Below, piece by piece: positions 20,398 through 31,081 of a DNA stretch of 64,000 bases. Each line of letters begins with the position of its first letter. The stretch's first letter is position 1. The position numbers and the translations under genes are program-made. Under the pieces are notes generated by a model. The model searched no databases. It was given only the letters and a program-made list of their open reading frames with translations, and was not told the DNA's origin. The stretch is from Spirochaetia bacterium (GTDB lineage: Bacteria > Spirochaetota > Spirochaetia > UBA9216). The DNA is taken from positions 1,568,001-1,632,000 of the forward strand of contig CAXXYH010000003.1 in the NCBI GenBank assembly GCA_963677925.2, given 5' to 3'.

Positions 20398-21600
20398 ATG
20401 CCTGATTCTACACGACACGCAAGAGTAAAAATTCATGGCCGGACATCCCCTGTTACGGTTCCTGTAAGCAGCAATAAACCTCAGATTAAAAATGAGATGA
20501 AAAACAAATGGCAGAATCTGATCAATGTTATGGCTGAATGTCTTGATGTTCCTTCAGGTCTGATAATGGAAATAAAAACCTCAAGGATTTCTGTATTTCT
20601 CTCCAGCCTTTCTGAAGGTAATCCATACAAAGAGGGAGAGTCGGAAAAACTTCTCATGGGGCTGTACTGTGAAACAGTTATAGGGACAGGAGAAAGCCTT
20701 AGTATCCCTGATGCTACAAAGCTTGAAGGGTGGAAGGATAATCCCGACATCAAACTCGGGATGATTTCATACCTTGGTTTTCCGATAAAGTGGCCGGACG
20801 GTGAATTTTTCGGAACACTCTGTATTCTGGATTCCAGGGAAAATTCGTATTCAGATAAGCATATTCATCTGATGGAGATTCTTAAATCAATCATTGAGGA
20901 AGACCTTAAGAATCTTACAGATAATCAAGTTGAGGTCTTGAATTATCTGCAGAAGCTTGAACAGACAAATATGAAACTAAAAGATATGGTTAAAGAACGG
21001 GAAATCCTTTTAAGCGAAGTGCATCATCGCGTCAAAAATAATATGCAGATAATTACAAGCCTCATAGAACTGCAGGACAGCGAAAAACTTGGCGGAGAAA
21101 GGCGCCTTCAGACTTTGTCAATAAAGAATAGAATTCAGGCTATGAGTATTGTTCATGAGATACTTTATAAATCTGAAGATCTCAAGGACATAAAATTAGA
21201 AGAGTATATACATAAGCTGGTTGATAATCTGATAGCAGGACTTGCAGCCCCGGATCTTAAACTGAATGTGAAATATGATATCGATGAAGAGTTTAATATA
21301 AGGTTTGAAAATGCAATTCCTATAGGCCTTATAACAAATGAAATTATCACAAATTCTATTAAATACGCTTTTAAATCAGCAGCGGATGCTGAAATAAAAA
21401 TACTTATCAGGAATATCGACGAGAACGGTTATTCGTTTATTATTTCCGATAATGGCTGCGGAATTGAAGATGCAGGTGAAAATAACCCGACAAAGGGTAT
21501 GGGCAGGGTTCTTATTCCGCTTCTTGTTCAGCAGATGAACGGTTCTCTTGAAATATCCAGTAATAATGGAACTGAATATTCGATGCTCTTCAGAAAGTAA
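20398..21600 (+). CDS. GAF-domain sensor histidine kinase (HisKA_2)
   Basis: SYLGFPIKWPDGEFFGTLCILD GAF; EVHHRVKNNMQ; NSIKYAF; DNGCG. Confidence 0.9.
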   Translation: MPDSTRHARVKIHGRTSPVTVPVSSNKPQIKNEMKNKWQNLINVMAECLDVPSGLIMEIKTSRISVFLSSLSEGNPYKEGESEKLLMGLYCETVIGTGESLSIPDATKLEGWKDNPDIKLGMISYLGFPIKWPDGEFFGTLCILDSRENSYSDKHIHLMEILKSIIEEDLKNLTDNQVEVLNYLQKLEQTNMKLKDMVKEREILLSEVHHRVKNNMQIITSLIELQDSEKLGGERRLQTLSIKNRIQAMSIVHEILYKSEDLKDIKLEEYIHKLVDNLIAGLAAPDLKLNVKYDIDEEFNIRFENAIPIGLITNEIITNSIKYAFKSAADAEIKILIRNIDENGYSFIISDNGCGIEDAGENNPTKGMGRVLIPLLVQQMNGSLEISSNNGTEYSMLFRK

Positions 21601-21725
21601 TACCACAGGGTTCCATCAAAATAAGCTTTCCGCATTAAAGTTGCTTAACCGTTGTTCATTTTTTTCTTTACGGACGGTAAAAAACTGCTGTATATTATAT
21701 TTACTATATAGATTAGGGGTTTGAT

Positions 21726-22562
21726 ATGAAAAATGTTACAATAATAACAGGCGGAGCCGGAGGAATGGGGCTGGCTACTGCAAAAATCATCGGACATGAA
21801 AATAACCTCATTCTTGTTGATGTCAATGAAGACAGACTTAAGCTCGCAGTAGACACATTGGCTAAACTAAATATTGAAAGTGAATTTTTTGTGGGCGACA
21901 TCACAAATCCTGACTCGGTTAAAGAACTGTTTAAATACACAGCCGGTAAAGGCAAACTGACTTCAATGATACATACAGCAGGTGTAAGTCCACAAATGGG
22001 TAAAGCTGATTTCATAATGAAAGTTAACGCGTTAGGAACAGTTTACCTTACCGAGGCCTTTTTTGAACATGCAGAAGATGGGGCAAGCCTTGTCAATGTG
22101 GCTTCAATGGCCGGGCATTTACTACCTTCTTTTATGATTCCGGAGAAAGCTTTTGAATACGCATTATCGGATAAGCAGAAATTCTTTAACCGTGTAATGC
22201 GCCGTATTAATCTGATTCCTAAAAAAGGAAGATCGGGGCTTTCATATTCTATCAGCAAACGTTTTGTAATCTGGTATTCAAATAAAATGGCCAAGCAGTT
22301 CGGCAGTAGAAATCTGAGGATCCTTTCAGTATCTCCGGGTACTTTTAATACTGAAATGGGAAAATTGGAGGAGAAATCGGGATCCGATAAAATTGCCGAA
22401 AAATCTGCACTTGGCCGCGTTGGGAAGGTTGAAGAAATTGCAGGGATTCTGGCCTGTGCAGCAGGACGAGAGGCAAGTTACATGACAGGGATTGATATAC
22501 TCTGTGACGGCGGTACTGTAGCAAGTGTTTCTCTAAAAGATTTGGCTAATATGAATCCATAG
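21726..22562 (+). CDS. Short-chain dehydrogenase/reductase
   Basis: TGGAGGMG, HTAGVS, YSISK, SPG, DGG. Confidence 0.9.
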   Translation: MKNVTIITGGAGGMGLATAKIIGHENNLILVDVNEDRLKLAVDTLAKLNIESEFFVGDITNPDSVKELFKYTAGKGKLTSMIHTAGVSPQMGKADFIMKVNALGTVYLTEAFFEHAEDGASLVNVASMAGHLLPSFMIPEKAFEYALSDKQKFFNRVMRRINLIPKKGRSGLSYSISKRFVIWYSNKMAKQFGSRNLRILSVSPGTFNTEMGKLEEKSGSDKIAEKSALGRVGKVEEIAGILACAAGREASYMTGIDILCDGGTVASVSLKDLANMNP

Positions 22563-22624
22563 TCTTGCGTCTGCCCAAATACTACATCATCCACCAGGCA
22601 AACATCATTGTCCGAGCTGGGGAA

Positions 22625-23475
22625 GAGGAAGGTATACTTTAAAAGTGCTGCCCTGTCCTGATAAAATTTTTCAAGAACATGCATTTGAACTTCTTCAGTC
22701 ATCCCCGATCCTTCATCAGTAATTCTGTATCTCCGCAGTATTCCACAGTTTCAAGCTGAACTATCAACTCGATATTTTTTTTATTGATCTGAGGGAAGGT
22801 ACCTGCGCTTTTCATCATCTGAAACATCTTCGTCCAGTAAAATCGAAAAGAACCCGTTTATGGATGTAATCTGAGTCTTAAATTCATGTGAGAAATGATT
22901 TATAAAATCATTTCTCAGAGTCTGAACACTATTGAGCTCTGATACCATCTTATTGAAATTATGATACAATTCAGCCATCGGACCAGATTTCCGGACATCA
23001 CGATGAACATTAAAATCACCCTCTCTGTTTATGTCAGCTTTATAACCGAGATCTCGGAGTGTAGTGATTTCTTGTTAAGATCTGACCTTTATGAGAGAGC
23101 TGTTTGAAAAGAAGTTCAAACTCATTCTTCGATAATTCTGCTGCTTGCAGCGATGCTTTGACCATGCATAATGTCCAGAGCTTCCTGCCCGTTAACGGCA
23201 TCTATTACATAATTATTTGTTAGCAATTTACAGCTTATCAGAATCTGTAAATTTTCATCATCTTAGAACCTGAACCAATCAGAATCATGGCTTTTTTTCT
23301 TTCAATTCCACAGGGAATGACGACTGAGACGCCCGCTTTAGTCTCCGAAAGTTCCATTCTAAGACCTTCTGTGGCTATTTTGACCGAAGTCTTTGATTCA
23401 CCGTTTTCTATTGGTTTCGATAGTAATTTAGAAACAAAAGATTACATGAAAGAGACCTTTTTGATTTTTTAAGGA
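22625..23475 (-). pseudogene. Multiply deleted relic of an SDR-response regulator-histidine kinase operon (paralogue of 30041-32790)
   Basis: Collinear peptide patches matching the intact operon: SKTSVKIATEGLRMELS, DENLQILISCKL, ELSKNEFELLFK, LGYKADI, FINHFSHEFKTQITSING, PQINKKNIE, ITDEGSGM, GSTFKVYL. Confidence 0.88.
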
Positions 23476-23504
23476 ATTTAAGATAATTTCTTTAAATTTG
23501 TATT

Positions 23505-25298
23505 TTAGTTTGAAAGCAGCGGAACTGAGAAACTCACCCTCAAACCATCTGAACCGTCAACCTTATAGTCACCTTCAATCTGAATCATAAGAGTGCTTAT
23601 AATAAGCATGCCCAGTGAATCATTCTCTTTCGATGCAGATTTGCCGGAGAAGCCCACACCATTATCCCTGTATTCAAATATATATCGATTAGTGTCCTTT
23701 CTACCTCTGATAGAAATGGAAGGATCAGTTATTCCATCAAAAGCATGTTTTATTGAATTGGTAACCAGTTCATTAAAAACCAGACCTATTGGAATCATAA
23801 GGTCCATAGTCAGATTCTGTTCTTCAACCTGAAGATCGTATGTAACTGATAATTCACTTTTATCGTGATAACTGTATATCACTGAATCACACAATTCCCT
23901 TAAATATTCCTTTATATCTATCTGTTCAATTTTATTATCCTTATACAGCTGTTCGTGTACAAGCGACATGGCATATATCCTGTTCTGCAGTTTACCCAGA
24001 ACTTCAAGCAGTTCCTCATTATTTACTACATCAGACTGAAGAGAAAGAAAGGATATAACAAGCGATAAATTATTCTTTACCCTGTGATGAACTTCTCTTA
24101 ATAGAATCTCCTTTTCTTTCAATGACTGGGATATCTGCAGATGCTTATTCTCAAGCTCATAATGCAGTATTTTTCTCCGTCTTACCTGATTTACAAGGAA
24201 AATAATAGTTATTGTCTGGAGCAGAACAATAATGGCTGTAATAAGAACAATTTCTTTATATTTCATCCAGAAAGTCTCTTCTACAAACATAATTTCCGCA
24301 TTTCCGGGAACATTTTTAAGTTCAATTCCCCAACGCTGCAGCTGCCTCCAGTCATACATCTTTTTTGAAGTATCTACTTCTTCGATAACAAGTTCTTTAT
24401 TTCCACCAACTATTTTATCGATTATACGTGCTGTATGTCTTCCATAACTATCAGCACTGGTCATTGTTCCCCCTATCACTCCCATGCCGAATTCATTATC
24501 ATAAAATGAAAACACCGGAGCTGCAGCCCGCTCGGAATACAATGGGAAAAAATCAGATATTGTATATGTATCCCCGTTTTTATCACTGTTTGACGTCAAC
24601 ATCATGATTGCCGAGTTGGGAGGAACCCTGCTGATTCTATTCAGAATTTCATTCATTGGCTCACCTACCCAGTAATCAATAAGCTCTTCATCAAAATATT
24701 TAGTTACATGCTCCTTAAAAATTGCAAGATAAGGGAGATCTGCAATACCGATTCCGCTATGAACATACAGGTGTTCAATGTCAGGCAGCATCCGCTTTAT
24801 ATCTGATATAGTTTCAGTTATTGCAGCTGTAGAGCCGCTTTTAAGGTAGTAATAGGCGTCTTTATTTTCTATTTGTTCAACCTGGGAATCAACAGCGGCA
24901 ACAAGGATTTTGGGAATACCGGGAAAAAGGGCCTCTCCGTAATTAATAAGAAAATTATTGACCGGAGGCAGAAGGCTGACAACAAAATCCAGTTTATAGG
25001 ACTCTGCCAGATTTTCAAGCTCTCTGAGATTCCTTCCGTCCTGGTCATTAACCGAAATATCGATCTGAAGAAAATGAAAATAGATGGAATTTTTAAAGGA
25101 GGAATAAGAATTAACCTCCGAATAAAAGCCCTCATTGAATTCCAGCCCCCAGTCCCCAATCTCGGCAAAGGGGTAGATAACCAGAATCCGTTCAACAGCG
25201 CCAGGCTCTTCAGCTGAAACTGTAAGAGGAGTAAGGATAAGAAGGAGAAGAGCAAAAAAAACAAAGGTGCAGCTTACTTTTGCATAAGGATTTTCCAT
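23505..25298 (-). CDS. Membrane sensor histidine kinase with periplasmic ABC-substrate-binding-like domain (HisKA_2)
   Basis: Signal/TM; YDWRQLQRWGI; second TM; EVHHRVKNNL; NSIKHAF; DNGVG. Confidence 0.88.
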   Translation of the reverse strand: MENPYAKVSCTFVFFALLLLILTPLTVSAEEPGAVERILVIYPFAEIGDWGLEFNEGFYSEVNSYSSFKNSIYFHFLQIDISVNDQDGRNLRELENLAESYKLDFVVSLLPPVNNFLINYGEALFPGIPKILVAAVDSQVEQIENKDAYYYLKSGSTAAITETISDIKRMLPDIEHLYVHSGIGIADLPYLAIFKEHVTKYFDEELIDYWVGEPMNEILNRISRVPPNSAIMMLTSNSDKNGDTYTISDFFPLYSERAAAPVFSFYDNEFGMGVIGGTMTSADSYGRHTARIIDKIVGGNKELVIEEVDTSKKMYDWRQLQRWGIELKNVPGNAEIMFVEETFWMKYKEIVLITAIIVLLQTITIIFLVNQVRRRKILHYELENKHLQISQSLKEKEILLREVHHRVKNNLSLVISFLSLQSDVVNNEELLEVLGKLQNRIYAMSLVHEQLYKDNKIEQIDIKEYLRELCDSVIYSYHDKSELSVTYDLQVEEQNLTMDLMIPIGLVFNELVTNSIKHAFDGITDPSISIRGRKDTNRYIFEYRDNGVGFSGKSASKENDSLGMLIISTLMIQIEGDYKVDGSDGLRVSFSVPLLSN

Positions 25299-25491
25299 AT
25301 AGTCCTTCCATCTTCAAAAAGTATCTTGAGAACCTGCTTATATTATATTGCAGTTCAATACTTAAAGTCAAAATTTTAAGAGATGCTGAAATCAGGAATA
25401 TTCAGGCTCTTCAGAGCTACTTCCGTTTTCCTATGAATACTGTAAAAATAAAAGAGAGTTAAACTAAAGTTTATACACGAGCGGTCATATT

Positions 25492-25840
25492 TCATGCCAT
25501 AAATCCACCAAGCTCTTCTTTCAGCTGTTCAACTATTTTTTCCAGCCTGTGTGCTTCTGATGTTATCTTCAGCATGGAACCAAGTTTTTCATCATTACCG
25601 GACATGATTTCCTTCATGCCTGAACTGATTTTTACTGCTACATCCTTCACGGATTTACTTGATTTAAGAATTGGGCCGCTTCCGGTCTGAATTTCCTTAT
25701 AACTGTCGCGGATTTCAAGTGTTACCGTATTTATAAGATGAGTTACTTATAGAACCTGCTGAACACTGATATCTGTATTTTTTAGCGCATCTGCAATATC
25801 TTTTATTAATGAAAAAAGTTCTCCCCTTGTCCCTGTATCC
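25492..25840 (-). pseudogene. C-terminal remnant of a methyl-accepting chemotaxis protein
   Basis: Reads LIKDIADALKNTDISVQQVL*VTHLINTVTLEIRDSYKEIQTGSGPILKSSKSVKDVAVKISSGMKEIMSGNDE...LKEELGGFMA*. It has an in-frame TAA, no start codon, and a heptad pattern like spirochaete MCP tails. Confidence 0.65.
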
Positions 25841-26698
25841 CTACTGAATATTCCTGCCATTGAGATAACTCATCCAGTAGAAGAAGGCTACAAATACCCC
25901 GCCGCCAATGATATTTCCAAGCGTTACCGGAATAAGATTGCTTAAAAAGAAACTCTTCCAGCCAAGCACTGACAGAGCTTCAGCAGTCAGACCGTGCGCC
26001 GCAGCAGCACTCATCATTGCTTCACTTCCCTTAGCGATTATTCCAGCCGGAATATAATACATGTTCGCTATGCTGTGCTCAAAGCCCGAGGTTATAAACA
26101 GCCATATCGGAAAAAATATTGCAAAGATTTTTCCGGTTATATCCTTTGCTCCCCAGGCCATCCATACTGCAAGGCAGACCAGCCAGTTGCACATGATGCC
26201 AAGTACAAAAGCCTTCGTAAATGAAAGATTAACCTTGTACAGCGCTATCTTCATCGTGACAACTCCAAGTCCGCCGGCGCTGCTCTCAAACAGTCCGGAG
26301 AGATTCATTAACCAGGCTATAAATACACTGCCTAAAAAGTTTCCGACATACACAAATAACCAGTTCTTAAGCATCTTTGTGACTCTCACCCTCCGCTCAA
26401 GCACCCCTGCAACTATAAGCACGTTCCCGGTAAACAGCTCTCCGCCGGCAATAACTACCAGCATAAGTCCTGTTCCGAAAATCGCTCCGGCCAGCGCTTT
26501 CCCAAGTCCGTATGTATCTGCATTCGCAAATAAGTTGAATGCTGCCACATTGGAACCTTCCGCTGCAAAGGCTATGAAGGCTCCGGCAAGAAATCCCAGC
26601 ATCAGCATTTTCAGAATGCTCAGTTCTGATTTCTTTATTCCGTTATTTACTGTTTCCTCCGCTATCTCAGGCGGTGTCAGAAAGTTTTTATCACCCAA
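25841..26698 (-). CDS. Formate/nitrite transporter (FdhC/FocA family)
   Basis: GGELFTGN, NWLVCLAVW, GFEHSIANMY, VTLGNIIGG. Confidence 0.95.
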   Translation of the reverse strand: MGDKNFLTPPEIAEETVNNGIKKSELSILKMLMLGFLAGAFIAFAAEGSNVAAFNLFANADTYGLGKALAGAIFGTGLMLVVIAGGELFTGNVLIVAGVLERRVRVTKMLKNWLFVYVGNFLGSVFIAWLMNLSGLFESSAGGLGVVTMKIALYKVNLSFTKAFVLGIMCNWLVCLAVWMAWGAKDITGKIFAIFFPIWLFITSGFEHSIANMYYIPAGIIAKGSEAMMSAAAAHGLTAEALSVLGWKSFFLSNLIPVTLGNIIGGGVFVAFFYWMSYLNGRNIQ

Positions 26699-26710
26699 TT
26701 TATTCCCCCT

Positions 26711-27340
26711 TTATGTTTCCAACTGATTTCTGACCTTATGATAAATTGAGTTAGCCAATACAGTTCCTTTTACTTCAATATCTTTCAGTCGTTTTTCAAA
26801 TTTGTATTTAAGCTCTTCGTCCTTCATTATTTTTGTATTTATAAGAACATTAAGACCAGCCCCCTGCAGTGCTGCCTTGCAGAAAAGGGCTCCGGTACCT
26901 GCATCACTTACTGCCAGGCTGCTGCCTTTTTCCGCATACTGCTCAAGCAGCTTCAGGGCTTCAACAGCGCATTGCGCTATTTCCAGCGGGACCTCTGCAG
27001 CAGCTTTAAGTACAGACTGCAGTCTTTCATCTTTCAGCCTTTTCTCATCATCGCTCTGAGACGGCAGGCGGTAGGCTTCTGAAAGCGGTTCAAAGACCTC
27101 GGCATCCCTTTGCACAAGTTTACAGAACCTTTCTGAAAGAGCCTCCGATTCGGTTAACAGTTTTTGTATATCATCCTCAACAGCTGCATACTTTTTCTTG
27201 CCGACTGTAAGATGTCCAACCATACTCCCCAGTGCCGTCCCAAGCGCTCCGGCATAGGCCGAAGCTCCGTCGCCTCCGGGTACCGCAGCCTTTGAGCCAA
27301 GCTCTTTCAGAAAATCTGTGCAGCTGTTATCAAGTATCAC
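26711..27340 (-). CDS. fchA: Cyclodeaminase/methenyl-THF cyclohydrolase (FTCD_C family)
   Basis: SKAAVPGG.GASA, LTVGKKKY, SDAGTGA, NVLINT; sits in the fhs operon. Confidence 0.85.
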   Translation of the reverse strand: MILDNSCTDFLKELGSKAAVPGGDGASAYAGALGTALGSMVGHLTVGKKKYAAVEDDIQKLLTESEALSERFCKLVQRDAEVFEPLSEAYRLPSQSDDEKRLKDERLQSVLKAAAEVPLEIAQCAVEALKLLEQYAEKGSSLAVSDAGTGALFCKAALQGAGLNVLINTKIMKDEELKYKFEKRLKDIEVKGTVLANSIYHKVRNQLET

Positions 27341-28212
27341 AGGCTTACTGCCCCGGCAGATATTTCATTGGATTTCTCACAGGAGACCACTACATGCGAC
27401 AACAGTATTGTCGTTGTTATAAGTCCTACCCCGCCCACGGCCGGAGTGATGAAGCACACTTTCGACGCCGCTTCATCAAAATCCACATCACCGCAGATCC
27501 CCCCATCACCGTCATCGTTTATACCCACATCCACCACTACCGATTCTTCTGTAAAATAACTGCTGTCCATCATCCTTGCACGGCCGGCTGCAGCAACTAC
27601 TATATCGGCTCTTCTGGTAACTGTACTCAGCTCCCAGGTTTTTGAATGGCAGATTGTCACTGTTGCATTTTCATCAAGCATAAGCATCGCAAGAGGTTTT
27701 CCGACAACCGTACTGCGGCCGACAACGGCAACCTCGGCTCCTGCAAGCGGTATTTCATAATGCTTTAACAGCCTTACTACAGCTTCAGGCGTGCAGGGAT
27801 TAAAGCCTTCGTTTCCGCCTCTGAAGACCCTTTCGAGGTTCACCGGATTCATGCAGTCTATATCCTTGCCAGGCAGGATGCTCCGGCATACAAGCTCTTC
27901 ATCTATATGTGAGGGCAGCGGTCGAAACAGCATTATTCCATTTACCAGGCTGTCCCTGTTTGCATGCTGTATATTTTTAATCAGTTCGCCTGTCGTGATG
28001 TCCCTGGATAGAACATCACGGCGGGCAGTTAAGCCAATCAATTCACAATTTTTCAATATACCTTTTTCATACGAAATATCGTCTTCTCTTTCCCCTACCC
28101 TGAGTATCAATATTGAAGGATTGATTCCCCGGTTCTTCAATACACTGATTCTGTTTTTCAGTTCCTCGCGCAAAGAGTCGACTACAGGTTTTCCCTTAAG
28201 TACAGTCCCCAC
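27337..28212 (-). CDS. folD: Methylene-THF dehydrogenase/cyclohydrolase
   Basis: PCTPEAV, VVGRSTVVGKP, ATVTICHS, VDVGIN, GDVD, TPAVGGVG. Confidence 0.92.
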   Translation of the reverse strand: MGTVLKGKPVVDSLREELKNRISVLKNRGINPSILILRVGEREDDISYEKGILKNCELIGLTARRDVLSRDITTGELIKNIQHANRDSLVNGIMLFRPLPSHIDEELVCRSILPGKDIDCMNPVNLERVFRGGNEGFNPCTPEAVVRLLKHYEIPLAGAEVAVVGRSTVVGKPLAMLMLDENATVTICHSKTWELSTVTRRADIVVAAAGRARMMDSSYFTEESVVVDVGINDDGDGGICGDVDFDEAASKVCFITPAVGGVGLITTTILLSHVVVSCEKSNEISAGAVSL

Positions 28213-28222
28213 TATTTTCTCC

Positions 28223-29893
28223 TCAGGATAGTCCTGTTATTTCTCCGTTTGAATCTATATCCATTCCACAGGCTGCAGGTACCCTCGGCAGCCCGGGCAT
28301 GGTCATTATTTCTCCTGTGATTGCAACTATAAAGCCGGCTCCGGCTGATACTCTTATCTCTCTTACCGTTACCCGAAATCCGCGCGGGGCGCCTAAGAGG
28401 GCGGCATTGTCGGAAAAAGAGTACTGGGTCTTCGCCATGCATATGGGCATCTTATCAAGCCCAAGCTTTTCTATGTCGCTTATCTGTTTCTTTGCTGATG
28501 CTGTAAAATCTACCCCATCTGCATGATAGATGGATTTGGCTATCACGCTTATCTTTTCCTCTATGCTGCTTTCACTATCATAAAGCGTATGGAAATCGGC
28601 TTTTCCGCTTTCACATATTTCAACTACTTTTTTTGCAAGCTCTATGCCGCCCTCTCCGCCTTTTGCAAATACTTCAGACAGCACTACTGAAGCTCCAAGA
28701 GCACCGCATCTTTTTTCGATAAGTTTAAGTTCAGCTTCTGTATCTGCGGGAAAGCGGTTTATGGCAACAACTGCCGGAACTCCGAACAGGGCGAGGTTTT
28801 CAAGGTGCTGCTCAAGGTTCACAATTCCGCTTCCAAGCGCTTCGAGATTCTCTGCTCCAAGTTCGCTCTTTGCTATGCCTCCGTTCATCTTAAGCGCCTT
28901 TACTGTTGCTACAATTACTACGGCATCGGGTTTAAGACCTGCATACCTGCATTTTATATTGAAGAACTTTTCTGCTCCCAGGTCGGCTCCGAATCCGGCT
29001 TCGGTTACAACATAGTCAGCCAGTTTAAGCGCTGTACGCGTTGCTACTACCGAGTTGCATCCGTGGGCTATGTTTGCAAAGGGCCCGCCGTGGATGAAGG
29101 CCGGAGTATTCTCAATCGTCTGCACAAGGTTGGGTTTTATTGCATCTTTTAAAAGCAGCGTCATTGCACCAGTTGCTCCAAGGTCTCCGGCTGTTACTGC
29201 CTTGCCGCTGTTGTCATAGGCTACTACCATTCTTGATATCCTTGTCTTTAGATCATCAAGACCGGTTGCAAGACAGAGAATCGCCATTATCTCGGAAGCC
29301 ACTGTAATATCAAAACCGTCCTGGCGGGTTACTCCGTCTCCCTTTGCTCCAAGTCCGACAATAATGTTTCTAAGCGCCCGGTCGTTCATATCAACTACAC
29401 GGCGCCATACTATACGCTTGGGGTTTATTCCAAACTCATTTCCCTGCTGCAGGTGGTTGTCTACCATGGCTGCAAGCAGATTATGTGCCGCTGATATTGC
29501 ATGAAAGTCTCCGGTAAAATGCAGGTTGATATCTTCCATCGGTACTACCTGCGCGTACCCGCCTCCAGCTGCTCCGCCTTTTACTCCGAACACAGGCCCC
29601 AGACTGGGCTCCCTCAGCGTTGTCATTGTCTTTTTTCCTATCTTGTTAAGCGCCATGGAAAGTCCTACATTCGTGGTGGTTTTTCCCTCGCCGGCAGGGG
29701 TCGGGTTGATTGCAGTTACCAGTATCAGCTTCGCGTCTTTTTTATTTTCAAGTCTTTTCAGCACATCAAGCGATACCTTCGCCTTGTACTTTCCGTACAT
29801 TTCAAGTTCATCGTCTTCGATTCCAAGCTCAGATGCTAGCTCTGACACCGGTTTCATCTTTGCTTCCTGTGCGATCTGTACATCAGTTTTCAT
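28223..29893 (-). CDS. fhs: Formate--tetrahydrofolate ligase
   Basis: [45 protein letters not shown]. Start moved to the ATG at 29893 (GGAGG RBS), giving 556 aa. Confidence 0.97.
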   Translation of the reverse strand: MKTDVQIAQEAKMKPVSELASELGIEDDELEMYGKYKAKVSLDVLKRLENKKDAKLILVTAINPTPAGEGKTTTNVGLSMALNKIGKKTMTTLREPSLGPVFGVKGGAAGGGYAQVVPMEDINLHFTGDFHAISAAHNLLAAMVDNHLQQGNEFGINPKRIVWRRVVDMNDRALRNIIVGLGAKGDGVTRQDGFDITVASEIMAILCLATGLDDLKTRISRMVVAYDNSGKAVTAGDLGATGAMTLLLKDAIKPNLVQTIENTPAFIHGGPFANIAHGCNSVVATRTALKLADYVVTEAGFGADLGAEKFFNIKCRYAGLKPDAVVIVATVKALKMNGGIAKSELGAENLEALGSGIVNLEQHLENLALFGVPAVVAINRFPADTEAELKLIEKRCGALGASVVLSEVFAKGGEGGIELAKKVVEICESGKADFHTLYDSESSIEEKISVIAKSIYHADGVDFTASAKKQISDIEKLGLDKMPICMAKTQYSFSDNAALLGAPRGFRVTVREIRVSAGAGFIVAITGEIMTMPGLPRVPAACGMDIDSNGEITGLS

Positions 29894-29971
29894 TATGTAA
29901 TTACCTCCTGCAATAATCAGATTCAAGTTAATTATTGTAGAGATTTTAAGGTAAGAGATTTTTCGGGTATA

Positions 29972-29987
29972 TACGCAGAATTATGTA
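29972..29987. promoter_or_regulatory. 7-2-7 operator copy upstream of fhs
   Basis: TACGCAG-AA-TTATGTA; minus-strand -10 TAAAAT at 29948-29943 (23-bp gap). Confidence 0.7.
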
Positions 29988-30040
29988 TTTTAATATATGT
30001 GTATTTTTATAAAAGCTTTGTTTATCATTATTAAATATTA

Positions 30041-31081
30041 TCAGTTATTCATAAGAAAAACTGTGAAAGAGCTGCCTTTCCCCTGGCTGCTTTCAACCTC
30101 AATTCGTCCCTGACAAAGAATCAGAATCCTGTGCACTATGGATAAACCAAGGCCCAGACCGGGCTGCCGGCTGTTTGCTTTGTCCTGAAAATACTTTTCA
30201 AAAATACGAGTTTTCGCTTCTTCATCCATTCCTATACCCTTATCTGTTATTGAAAAAACAATCTCGCCATTCTTGGAGCTGAGAGATATTGATATATTTC
30301 CGCCAGGGCTGGAATATTTAACTGCATTATCCAGCAGATTTATCCAGATATGTTTCATAAGCTCCGGATTTCCGGAATACTTGACCGGACTCAAATCTAC
30401 AGATAATTCGATTTCTTTTTTATTAATCTGAGGCATAAGCAGAATTACAGATTCACGTACCTGTTCATCCAGCTGAAAATAAGTCTGATTCAGGATAATA
30501 TGCTGAGATTCCAGCTTTGTGATGAGCAGAGCATTGTCGGAAAGACTGGCCAGTCTTTTAGATTCGGAAGTTATTATATCAAGATATTTCCACGCTTCTT
30601 CCTCCGGGAGCTCTTCATCCCTCAGAATAGTGGAAAATCCATTAATTGACGTGATCGGGGTTTTAAACTCATGGGAAAAGTGATTAATAAAATCATCTCT
30701 CAGAGTCTGAACACCCTCAAGTTCCGAAGCCATTTTATTAAAATTCCGGAACAGCTCAGACATGGCCCCGGCATCTGATTCATCCAGCCTGACAGAAAAA
30801 TCTCCATCAGCTACTGTTGTAATACCGTTCATCAGCTGGTTGATGTATTTACTGCTGATCTTTATAAAATTATAAGATACCAGCCACATGAATAGACTCA
30901 TGGGGCCAATCATTCCAAGAGCATCGATAGGATCATATTTCCAGTTGTGTTTAATTATGCCGTTTACGAAAAACTCAACCAGTAGGAAAGTCATCACGGA
31001 TATAATTACAATTATCACAGACTGCAGAATCATCCACCTTCTCAAAGGCTTGTTTTTCATGATTTTTGTTTTCTGCTTCAT
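30041..31081 (-). CDS. HAMP-domain sensor histidine kinase
   Basis: 2 TM; SHEFKTPI; NLLDNAVKY; DKGIG; GLGLGL. Confidence 0.93.
   Translation of the reverse strand: MKQKTKIMKNKPLRRWMILQSVIIVIISVMTFLLVEFFVNGIIKHNWKYDPIDALGMIGPMSLFMWLVSYNFIKISSKYINQLMNGITTVADGDFSVRLDESDAGAMSELFRNFNKMASELEGVQTLRDDFINHFSHEFKTPITSINGFSTILRDEELPEEEAWKYLDIITSESKRLASLSDNALLITKLESQHIILNQTYFQLDEQVRESVILLMPQINKKEIELSVDLSPVKYSGNPELMKHIWINLLDNAVKYSSPGGNISISLSSKNGEIVFSITDKGIGMDEEAKTRIFEKYFQDKANSRQPGLGLGLSIVHRILILCQGRIEVESSQGKGSSFTVFLMNN

Noticed and set aside
22781-23472. ORFs 22781-22978 and 23287-23472 as real small genes
   Set aside because: The first is a histidine-kinase fragment and the second is the antisense of an SDR fragment, both within the decayed operon relic.
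26061-26726. Long antisense ORFs (this 221-aa one, also 3029-3580, 12060-12503, 27791-28231 and others)
   Set aside because: They are shadows of well-supported genes on the opposite strand, with no RBS or family motifs.
25841-29893. Wood-Ljungdahl (acetogenesis) locus
   Set aside because: No metF, methyltransferase, CODH/ACS or formate dehydrogenase is present in the window.
29894-30040. THF or ZTP riboswitch upstream of fhs
   Set aside because: The leader is short and AT-rich with no aptamer motifs. It is explained by a promoter plus the 7-2-7 operator.
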